DNA of 64,000 nucleotides from Patescibacteria group bacterium (GTDB lineage Bacteria; Omnitrophota; Gorgyraeia; Gygaellales; Profunditerraquicolaceae): NCBI GenBank assembly GCA_035506195.1, contig DATJPV010000023.1, positions 1,050 to 65,049 of the forward strand, read 5' to 3'. Shown piece by piece: positions 56,760 to 64,000 of this stretch (position 1 is its first letter; each line of letters starts with the position of its first letter). The notes under the pieces were generated by a model. It saw only the letters and a program-made list of their open reading frames with translations, ran no database searches and was not told where the DNA came from. The position numbers and the translations under genes were made by a program.

Positions 56760-57587
56760 CTATGTTCCGATATGCAACGGATACGCAATCTGCCTGACGC
56801 AGGCGATTGCCGATAAAACCGCCAGATAACTGGTTTTAGGATTAGCGGGATGAATGACATTTTCAGTCCGTACCGTCATCGTGCCGGCATCGGATTCTAT
56901 ATCTATCTGGTGGGTATTTTTAGATACCCTCGGCGAAGCAACGATGCGCACCCTGGTCTTGGCCGGCCCGATACCGGCGATACTCAAAATCGCAGCCACG
57001 TTGATATTCTGCGGGAAAGCTTTTATGGCGGCGTTGGCGCTGCCCTCGAAGAGCACGGCATCTTTCTTGATAGCTGCCAGGTCGATACGGGCACTGTGCA
57101 CATAGGCTACGCCGCGGAATGCCCGCGGCGGTTTTGTCGTAGTCAGGGTGACCTTTTTTATCTTGCCGCAGGCGCAGGCCTTCAGGCCGTCAAGGCCGCA
57201 TACCGCCCCCGAAGGGATAAAGATGCGGCATCCGCGCTCCTGCGCTAAGGCAATCAGTTCTTTATAGCCCTCGATGATCCCGCCGACGCTCATGATCATG
57301 ATATCGCGCGATGCGCGCAGCGTTTTTTCGGCAATGGCATACGCCGCACCGGCAGCAGCTGCTTCAATGATCAGATCCGAACGCGCAATCAGCGCCTCCA
57401 GGCTTGCTACCGCAAGCCTGCTCCTGCCGCAGGCCTTCGCCAGGAGAGCGGCCCTTGCGTTGTCCGTATCGTACACACCGCATAGCGCCCCTCGCGCAGG
57501 AAAGTATTCGGCGATATATTTTGCCAGCGAAGAACCGATAGCGCCGCATCCTGCTATTCCTATCTTTATTGTGCAGGCTCCCCTCAC
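56760..57587 (-). CDS. nadX: L-aspartate dehydrogenase (NadX family)
   Basis: 275 aa with the Rossmann motif IGIAGCGAIGSSLA. The central and C-terminal regions (PSGAVCGLDGLKA, FEGSANAAIKAFPQNINVAA, NPKTSYLA) resemble the Thermotoga-type aspartate dehydrogenase family. The start is an assumed GTG. Confidence 0.8.
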   Translation of the reverse strand: MRGACTIKIGIAGCGAIGSSLAKYIAEYFPARGALCGVYDTDNARAALLAKACGRSRLAVASLEALIARSDLIIEAAAAGAAYAIAEKTLRASRDIMIMSVGGIIEGYKELIALAQERGCRIFIPSGAVCGLDGLKACACGKIKKVTLTTTKPPRAFRGVAYVHSARIDLAAIKKDAVLFEGSANAAIKAFPQNINVAAILSIAGIGPAKTRVRIVASPRVSKNTHQIDIESDAGTMTVRTENVIHPANPKTSYLAVLSAIACVRQIAYPLHIGT

Positions 57588-57591
57588 GTAT

Positions 57592-58437
57592 CTATCCTTT
57601 CAACTGGGCATTGTCGATGAGTCTGGTCTTGCCGATCCAGACCGCCAGGGCAAGCAGCGCCCCGCCTCTTATTTTCTTGACCGGTACCAGTCCGGAGGCA
57701 TCAACCAGCGTAATATAATCTATTTTTGACGGCTTGGCCGCCGCTACTATGTGCCGCACGCGCCTGAGGATGACATCGGCATCCCTGACCCCGGCATTGA
57801 CCAGCGCCTTCGCTTCGCCAATCCCCTGCGAAAGCGCAACCGCGCTCTTTCTTTCTCGCAAGTTAAGATACCGGTTCCGGGAACTTAATGCCAGGCCGTC
57901 CTTTTCGCGCACGATCGGCATCACCCTGATCTTGACGGCCAGATTCAGATCCGCGGCGATCCTGCGGATAATGAGCGCCTGCTGGGCATCTTTCTGCCCG
58001 AAATAGGCCACCGTCGGCCGCACGATGTTGAACAACTTGGTAACGACAGTTGCCACGCCCCGGAAATGCCCGGGCCGGAATGCTCCGCAAAGCCGCTGGC
58101 CAAGGTCCGCAGCCTCCACAAACGTCCCGTAACCTGCCGGGTACATCTGTTGCGCCGAAGGCAAAAAAATGAAATCGACGCCTGCCTTGCGGCATAGCCG
58201 GGCGTCGGCCGCCAGATCGCGGGGGTAACGGCTGAAATCCTCGTGCGCGCCGAATTGGGTCGGATTGACGAAGATGCTGACCACCACCCGCTCGTTTTCC
58301 CGGCGTGCCCGGCGGATAAGGCTCATGTGCCCCTCATGAAGCGCACCCATCGTCGGCACGAATCCCGTCGTACGAGCCTGGCGTAAAAGCTTCTCCGAAA
58401 TGGCCGACATATGCCTGACGCTGCGGATGATCTTCAT
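57592..58437 (-). CDS. panC: pantoate--beta-alanine ligase
   Basis: 281 aa with GFVPTMGALHEGHMSLI and YFGQKDAQQ. Confidence 0.96.
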   Translation of the reverse strand: MKIIRSVRHMSAISEKLLRQARTTGFVPTMGALHEGHMSLIRRARRENERVVVSIFVNPTQFGAHEDFSRYPRDLAADARLCRKAGVDFIFLPSAQQMYPAGYGTFVEAADLGQRLCGAFRPGHFRGVATVVTKLFNIVRPTVAYFGQKDAQQALIIRRIAADLNLAVKIRVMPIVREKDGLALSSRNRYLNLRERKSAVALSQGIGEAKALVNAGVRDADVILRRVRHIVAAAKPSKIDYITLVDASGLVPVKKIRGGALLALAVWIGKTRLIDNAQLKG

Positions 58438-58838
58438 ATGACCTCTAGAAGCGGCTTAAGCACAAACGGCCGCTCAAACATCCTCGGGTGAGGGATGGTC
58501 AGCTGCGCGGCAGTAATGACCCTGGCGTCATAGAGCAAAATATCCAGATCAATGACCCGGGGCCCCCAACGGACGGTCTTGACCCTGCCTATTTTTTTCT
58601 CGATCGCCTTCAACTTCTTAAGCAGCGCAAAAGGAGAAAAACAAGTCTGAATCTTCAGCGCGGCATTCAAAAAATCCCCCTGAAGCAAGGGCCCGCCCAC
58701 GGCTTTGGTCCTGATGGGGCGCGACATCTTTATAATACGGGTGCCTGCCAAAGCGTTTATTTTTTGCACTGCCGCTACGATATGCCGGCGCCGATCCCCC
58801 AGGTTAGAACCGATGCTCAAATAACAAATAGCCATCAA
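58434..58838 (-). CDS. folK: 2-amino-4-hydroxy-6-hydroxymethyldihydropteridine diphosphokinase
   Basis: 134 aa with SIGSNLGDR, RWGPRVIDLDILLY and LTIPHPRMFERPFVLKPL. Confidence 0.94.
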   Translation of the reverse strand: MMAICYLSIGSNLGDRRRHIVAAVQKINALAGTRIIKMSRPIRTKAVGGPLLQGDFLNAALKIQTCFSPFALLKKLKAIEKKIGRVKTVRWGPRVIDLDILLYDARVITAAQLTIPHPRMFERPFVLKPLLEVI

Positions 58839-59995
58839 AGAATTTTCCGTAAACGCTCAGTCGCTTCTTTGATCCTTTCCTTAGATACGGTCAGCGCCAT
58901 GCGTATGTAGTTTTTGCCGTATGCTCCGAAACCCACGCCGGGAGTAACCACGATATTCGCCCTTTCAAGCAATAGCGAAGCGAATGTGAGGGAATTCGTC
59001 TTTTTGGGGGTCTTGAGCCAGAGATAAAAGGTGGCTTTGGGCGTATTGACGCAGAAACCCAACGAGTGCAGCCCCGTCACCAGCACATCCCGGCGCTCCT
59101 GATACAGCGCGCACATGTTCCGGATGTGCTCCTGAGGCCCCTGGAGGGCGGCAAGGCCGGCAATCTGCACCGCGGAAAATATCCCCGAATCGATATTGGA
59201 CTTTACCTTGGCGAGTGCTGCGACCAATTGTCCGTTACCGCAGGCCCAGCCGACGCGCCAACCGGTCATATTATATGTTTTGGACAGCGAATGGAATTCG
59301 ATCACGGTATCCCTGGCGCCCTCCAGCTCCAGGAGGCTGGATGGACGGTATCCGTCATATGCTATTTCGGAATATGCCAGATCCGAAATAATAATGAGCT
59401 TGTGCTTTTTCGCAAACGCGATAAGCTGGCAGTAAAAATCATTTTCCGCGACCGCGGAGGTAGGATTATTGGGGTAATTGACGTAGATAAGCCTGGCCTT
59501 CCTGCAGACAGCCGTAGGTATTTTTTTCAGGTCAGGCAAAAAACCGTTTTCTTCCCGCAGGCCCATTAGATACGGTTTCCCCCCGGCAAAAATGGTCCCG
59601 CCTTTATAGGGCGGATAGCACGGATCAGGCACGAGAGCATAATCGCCTGCGTTGAGCAACGCCAGCGGCAGGTGGGCAATGCCTTCTTTGGAGCCGATAA
59701 GCGGAATGATTTCGGTGTCCGGATTCAACGTCACCCCGAAACGGTTTTTATACCAGGCGGCCATCGCCTGGCGCAATGCGGGCATGCCTTGATCCAGGGC
59801 ATAGCGATGGTGCGCGGGGTCGCGGGCCGCCCCACAGAGGCTTTCGACAATATGGGCGGGCGTAGGCTGATCAGGATCCCCGATACCCAGGTCAATAATA
59901 TCCCTGCCTTCCTGCCTGGCTTTTCTTTTGGCCTTATCGATCTCGACGAATAAATACGGCGGTAAGCTCTGTAATCTTCCAGAAACCTTAAACAT
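58835..59995 (-). CDS. dapL: LL-diaminopimelate aminotransferase (class I aminotransferase)
   Basis: 386 aa with LPPYLFVEIDKAK...IIDLGIGDPDQPTP and the PLP-lysine context SLSKTYNMTGWRVGW. It is adjacent to dapB/dapA. Confidence 0.85.
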   Translation of the reverse strand: MFKVSGRLQSLPPYLFVEIDKAKRKARQEGRDIIDLGIGDPDQPTPAHIVESLCGAARDPAHHRYALDQGMPALRQAMAAWYKNRFGVTLNPDTEIIPLIGSKEGIAHLPLALLNAGDYALVPDPCYPPYKGGTIFAGGKPYLMGLREENGFLPDLKKIPTAVCRKARLIYVNYPNNPTSAVAENDFYCQLIAFAKKHKLIIISDLAYSEIAYDGYRPSSLLELEGARDTVIEFHSLSKTYNMTGWRVGWACGNGQLVAALAKVKSNIDSGIFSAVQIAGLAALQGPQEHIRNMCALYQERRDVLVTGLHSLGFCVNTPKATFYLWLKTPKKTNSLTFASLLLERANIVVTPGVGFGAYGKNYIRMALTVSKERIKEATERLRKIL

Positions 59996-60007
59996 ACGTT
60001 AACCTCG

Positions 60008-60724
60008 CTATGGTTTTGTGAGCACGTCCTGCATGGAATACAACCCCGCAGGTTTTCCAAAAAGCCATTTTGCCGCCCTCAGGGCGCCTAGGGCGAACAA
60101 GTCGCGCGAATGCGCCTGATGCTTGATCTCGATGCGCTCGGAGTTCCCGCAAAAAATAATCGTGTGATCCCCGACGATATCGCCCAGGCGTATGGCATGT
60201 ACCGGGATCTGCCTTTTTGTGGCTTCGGTCAAGACCTCGCCGAACTTCCTGGCCGTGCCCGAGGGAGAATCCTTCTTGGCCTGGTGATGCGCCTCTACGA
60301 TCTCGATGCGATAGTCGGGACCGAGCCTTTTCGCCAGCTCCGGCAGCATTGAGAATAAAACATTGACGCCGACCGACATATTGGGAGAGAATACAACCGG
60401 AACCGCATGCGAGGCCTCTTCTACTTTTTTGAGTTGCTGATCGTTAAGGCTGGTGGTCCCCAGCACAAGAGCCTTCTTGTACCTGGCCACATAGTCAAGG
60501 TTGGCTTCCGTTGCTTCAGGGACGGTGAAATCCACAAAGACATCCACCAGAAACAGCCCGTCCGAATTAGAGGATATCTTGATCTTGCCCAAGTCCTTGC
60601 CGATCGCCGGGGTCCCTTTCTTCTCCAATGCCAAGGCAATTTCGAAGTCCTTATCCTGAGAAGCCAGTTCAAAAATACGCCTGCCCATTCGACCGCATAC
60701 GCCGCTGATCCCTAGCTTGATCAT
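60008..60724 (-). CDS. dapB: 4-hydroxy-tetrahydrodipicolinate reductase
   Basis: 238 aa with GISGVCGRMGRRI and EAHHQAKKDSPSGTA. Confidence 0.95.
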   Translation of the reverse strand: MIKLGISGVCGRMGRRIFELASQDKDFEIALALEKKGTPAIGKDLGKIKISSNSDGLFLVDVFVDFTVPEATEANLDYVARYKKALVLGTTSLNDQQLKKVEEASHAVPVVFSPNMSVGVNVLFSMLPELAKRLGPDYRIEIVEAHHQAKKDSPSGTARKFGEVLTEATKRQIPVHAIRLGDIVGDHTIIFCGNSERIEIKHQAHSRDLFALGALRAAKWLFGKPAGLYSMQDVLTKP

Positions 60725-63291
60725 TTCCGCTGCTCCTGTGTTGAGTTACCCCAGTTAATTTTATATAAGTAAATCGTGGTATGCCCCGGCTCCTGCTGAC
60801 GCGCGTCTAATTGGAAATACTTCAGGCCCCTGCCCTGTAAAAAATACAACTTGAAAAAGAGAGTTTCCGTCAGAGGGGCGGTGCAGAGCGTCGCCTTATA
60901 GTTATCCGCCTCCTGGAAGAACAAAACCGCATAGTCCGCATTGCCCTGGCTATTGATCGTTTCCTTGAGGGTTTTTTCCGTTGCCCAGATGACTTTTCCC
61001 GCGGTTATCCAGCTGCCCGTTGTTTCGTCTCGGAAATAGGCGGCTGTTTTTTCCCGGTCTACAACTATGCCGTTATCGAACAGGATGATCTTACGGTTAT
61101 CCTGAGGGACGGGCTGCTGCGCGTAGTTTGTATAGAAGCGGTACACCGAGGTAGTCAGGAGCCCGGCGGCTTCGCTGGTATCGGTAAAAAGGAACCGGCG
61201 GTACAGCGTTTCGGCATCCTTGACGGAATAACCGAAATTCTGTTGCGCGTATTGCAGGAACGGGGCTTTCTGCCGACGCAGGCGAGAGAACTCCTGCCAC
61301 AATGCACCCAGGGAAAAATCGCGGTTGGCCATCCAGCTCAAAGCCCAAAGGTAGCCGATCATGTCGTTGTTAAGCATCAGGTATGCGTTCCGGGGAGACG
61401 CATAGAGAAAACCTGCGATCTGATCGCGCCTGTCTTTATCCTGGACATAACGGGCCAGAAGGCCCATGCCCTCTTCTTTTTTGCAGGCCACCAGACGGTT
61501 AAGCAGCTCCAGGGTCTTCAGCTTGTCGTTACCCATGGCGCGGCACAGTTCTTCGAATGCCTTATTGCCGGCCAGGTCTATCATGCGCAGTATGCCTTGA
61601 GCCTCTTCTTCGCTGCGCGCAAACAGCGCCCGAGAGAACCAGTAGGGAACGGCGTGGCTCTGCCAATGCGGGTCCTCGATGGTGGCGCGCCTGCCAAGGG
61701 TCATGATCCAATCGCCCTCCCACCAGTATGCGTTGATAATGGAATCAGCGGGGGTTTCCTGGCGCATATGAAGGAACATCTTCTCCCAGGTATCGTTTAT
61801 CGACGCATGGTAATGCATGGTATATGCCCGGGACACCGGTATCGCCGTCAATGCCAGAAAGGCCAAGCCCAGCGCCATCCGGTATGCTCGCCTGCCCTGG
61901 CACAGGCGCGCATATACTATATCCAGGCAGGCGCATAACGACAACACCAGAGGTGCGGCCAAAAACAAAAGGAACCTGTGCCCGAAATGGGACAACGCCA
62001 GCGACGCCAATAGCCAAACGAACACCACGGAGAATATACACTGCCTCTGCCTAAAATCGTGGAATATCCGCTGGTAATGCGTCAGAAAGAGGATACCGAC
62101 TATCCCTCCATACAGCACAACCGACCCTCCTGAAGTAGCCAGCATATCTATGACGCTGGCGCGCTTTAATTCCGCAACGGTAAACAAAGGATAAGGCCAA
62201 AAATTATCCAGCGATAAGCCTTGGCGCAGGGCCAAATATACGAAAGGCTCTTGTACCGCCCGATGCAGCACTGCGCGCCCGGAAATGGCCCATACGGAAA
62301 CCAGGGATACAGCCAAAAACAGGCCAACCTCCCAGAGTGCATGGGTAATCCGCGCAACAAGCGGCTCCTTTTTGTCGTAGCTGACGACACCGAGCTTATA
62401 GAACAGAAAACCCGCGCACAGGATATAAAACCAAAGCCACCAGCTCGACCACAGGGAGGAATATATCCCGATCAGGATGCCCGCCAGGGCCAAAAGGAGA
62501 AACCGGGGCCGGCCCTTTTCTTTAAAGGCGTGCGCCAGGACCGCGGTAGTAAGCAGCGGCATACATAGATTATAGATATCGGTATCAAACCAGCCGTAAC
62601 CGGACCTGGCCATGACAATGGGGGCAAGGCCGAAAAAGATACTGGCGATGAAACTTCCCATGCAGGAAAGCCCGAACAGGCCGCACAGATAAAAGAAAGA
62701 GACGATCAATACGGGAGAAAGCACCACTGGCGCAAGCCCCAGGGCGCCTATAAGCGACAATTTATCGTTCAAAAAATGCATCGCCTTGTAAAGATAGACG
62801 CTGATATAGAAATGCAGCCTTATGGATTCGACGGCATCCCCCCGCGGGGCAAACTCCAAGTCATCATACTCCCGGTTCTGTCTGATCGAGGTACCGAATC
62901 TGCCCGTGTCCAGATACGTCTGCGCACGGCGCGCCCAGCGGTACGCATCGGTTTCCAGGAGATAGGGCCAGCCGTCCTTATCCCGCAGGTAGTCCTTCAT
63001 TTCCTGGCTCTTATTGCGGATGGCCTGTTCTATTTTCGCGGAGTTGCTCTGGGCATACGCATCGAATGCGCTCTTCTTGATTCTTTGCACGGCAGGCTCG
63101 GTAGGGCGTTGCGGGTAGTCGGCGGATATCTGTTGGTCCAAGGCAGACTGGAGATCGGCATATACCCATTGCCGCGCGGCCCTGTCGATATCCCGCAGAA
63201 AAAAATTATTCAGACGGAAATAGGCATTGACGGCTATGGACGCTGCCAGCAAAACCACGCATATCGGGATCGCGTATTTCTGATTAGTCAT
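60721..63291 (-). CDS. STT3/PglB/AglB-like GT-C family membrane protein (putative oligosaccharyltransferase homologue)
   Basis: 856 aa with about 13 TM helices and a large C-terminal soluble domain. It has an ordered set of OST-like motifs: LLETDAYRWAR in the first long loop, GWFDTDIY (DxD), FTVAEL (T-[IV]-x-E-like) and AYWWEGDW (WWDYG-like; I verified the DNA at 61711-61725 as tggtgggagggcgat). Confidence 0.6.
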   Translation of the reverse strand: MTNQKYAIPICVVLLAASIAVNAYFRLNNFFLRDIDRAARQWVYADLQSALDQQISADYPQRPTEPAVQRIKKSAFDAYAQSNSAKIEQAIRNKSQEMKDYLRDKDGWPYLLETDAYRWARRAQTYLDTGRFGTSIRQNREYDDLEFAPRGDAVESIRLHFYISVYLYKAMHFLNDKLSLIGALGLAPVVLSPVLIVSFFYLCGLFGLSCMGSFIASIFFGLAPIVMARSGYGWFDTDIYNLCMPLLTTAVLAHAFKEKGRPRFLLLALAGILIGIYSSLWSSWWLWFYILCAGFLFYKLGVVSYDKKEPLVARITHALWEVGLFLAVSLVSVWAISGRAVLHRAVQEPFVYLALRQGLSLDNFWPYPLFTVAELKRASVIDMLATSGGSVVLYGGIVGILFLTHYQRIFHDFRQRQCIFSVVFVWLLASLALSHFGHRFLLFLAAPLVLSLCACLDIVYARLCQGRRAYRMALGLAFLALTAIPVSRAYTMHYHASINDTWEKMFLHMRQETPADSIINAYWWEGDWIMTLGRRATIEDPHWQSHAVPYWFSRALFARSEEEAQGILRMIDLAGNKAFEELCRAMGNDKLKTLELLNRLVACKKEEGMGLLARYVQDKDRRDQIAGFLYASPRNAYLMLNNDMIGYLWALSWMANRDFSLGALWQEFSRLRRQKAPFLQYAQQNFGYSVKDAETLYRRFLFTDTSEAAGLLTTSVYRFYTNYAQQPVPQDNRKIILFDNGIVVDREKTAAYFRDETTGSWITAGKVIWATEKTLKETINSQGNADYAVLFFQEADNYKATLCTAPLTETLFFKLYFLQGRGLKYFQLDARQQEPGHTTIYLYKINWGNSTQEQRK

Positions 63292-63301
63292 CCGGAACGC
63301 C

Positions 63302-64000
63302 TTATAATAAGCCGTAATCTTTCAAGGATTTCTTCAGCTTCTCCGTATTTTCTTCTGACATCGCGGACATCGGCAGCCTTAATTCGGGCGCGCACAAACC
63401 CAGTATCCCCATTGCGGTCTTAACGGGTATGGGGTTTGTCTCGATAAACATGGCCCTTATCAAAGGCAGGAGCCGGTAATGTATCTGCTGGGCCTTGGCG
63501 ATATTGCCTCTCTCAAACTCTGCCACCAGCTCTGCAGTGTCTTTGGGCACGATATTCGCTACGACCGAAATCACGCCGGTGCCTCCGATAGCAAGCACGG
63601 GCAGGGTCAGGCCGTCATCCCCCGACAAAAGATCAAACCCCGGCACAGACAAGGCTTTAACCCGGGACATCTGCTCAAGGTTCCCGGATGCCTCTTTGAT
63701 GCCCACGATATTCTTACACTCCCTGGCCAGGCGGGCTACGGTTTCCGGCTCGATGTTGACGCCGGTACGCGAAGCAATGTTATAGAGTACCAACGGTATA
63801 TCTGCGGCTTCGGCAATGGCCTTAAAATGTTCATAGAGGCCTTTCTGGGTGGGCCGGTTATAATACGGGGCCACCTGCAAAGAGGCATCGGCTCCGGATG
63901 CGGCCGCATGCTTCGTAAGCATGACTGCCTCTGCGGTAGAATTTGAGCCGGTCCCGGCGATAACCGGCACTCTTTTACGGGTCTGCTCGATAGTAATCTC
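63302..64000 (-). CDS. dapA: 4-hydroxy-tetrahydrodipicolinate synthase, C-terminal two-thirds (continues past window end)
   Basis: It has PVIAGTGSNSTAEAV, VAPYYNRPTQKGLYEHF and LYNIASRTGVNI. The frame stays open upstream of the track start (...EITIEQTRKRVPVIAG), so the gene runs off the window. Confidence 0.95.
   Translation of the reverse strand, partial: EITIEQTRKRVPVIAGTGSNSTAEAVMLTKHAAASGADASLQVAPYYNRPTQKGLYEHFKAIAEAADIPLVLYNIASRTGVNIEPETVARLARECKNIVGIKEASGNLEQMSRVKALSVPGFDLLSGDDGLTLPVLAIGGTGVISVVANIVPKDTAELVAEFERGNIAKAQQIHYRLLPLIRAMFIETNPIPVKTAMGILGLCAPELRLPMSAMSEENTEKLKKSLKDYGLL

Noticed and set aside
1-64000. A search for rRNA genes, CRISPR arrays, IS elements, toxin-antitoxin pairs or known defence-system hallmarks.
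   Set aside because: None was recognised. The only RNA genes are three tRNAs, and the only repeats are the short ones listed above. By-eye inspection would miss divergent small ncRNAs.

Overview
This 64 kb window is a bacterial chromosomal segment. Every gene I can support, about 65 CDS and 3 tRNAs, lies on the minus strand. All long plus-strand ORFs in the track are antisense shadows of conserved genes.

Gene order from high to low coordinates:
- dapA (partial), STT3-like GT-C membrane protein, dapB, dapL, folK, panC, nadX, a small duplicated basic protein, then a terminator.
- TMTC-like GT-C/TPR protein, uvrA, an 822-aa TPR protein, exbB, exbD, a tonB-like gene, a membrane Zn-ribbon protein.
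- A promoter, then wHTH (DUF2582-like) and a PilX_N-like protein.
- A promoter, then Xis-like HTH, pilM::pilN fusion, pilO, pilP, secretin, pilB (MshEN N-terminus), pilC.
- A promoter, the major pilin, a terminator, then three minor pilins.
- tRNA-Ala, AmmeMemoRadiSam radical SAM enzyme, Memo::AMMECR1 fusion, CcdA-like protein, rsmE, mtaB-like gene, then a terminator.
- A consensus promoter, then recA, htrA, recX, alaS, hisD, hisB, hisH, hisA, a lipoprotein, hisF, hisI, trpE, rpsP, yajC, secDF, then a terminator.
- A short mfd, a surA-like gene, pdxA, rsmA.
- A promoter, then tRNA-Thr, rpmG, tRNA-Trp, secE, nusG, rplKAJL, rpoBC, rpsLG, fusA (partial).

The secretin, Ton/Tol-like genes, SurA and DegP indicate a Gram-negative-type envelope. 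The DapL lysine route and extreme gene packing suggest an uncultivated, streamlined lineage, but I cannot assign it from sequence alone. I saw no rRNA, CRISPR array, transposase, integrase or prophage.

Best candidates for something undescribed:
1. The compact type IV filament locus (37.1-47.3 kb), which mixes T4P and T2SS features and is headed by an excisionase-like HTH next to phased repeats.
2. An AmmeMemoRadiSam system with fused B-A proteins. Both enzymes carry N-terminal hydrophobic extensions, and a CcdA-like thiol transporter is adjacent.
3. A divergent STT3/PglB-like oligosaccharyltransferase homologue inside the dap operon, together with a TMTC-like GT-C protein.
4. A strongly expressed 79-aa tandem-duplicated, lysine-rich protein.
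5. A 633-aa mini-Mfd.

All family assignments come from motif recognition by eye. No database search was possible.
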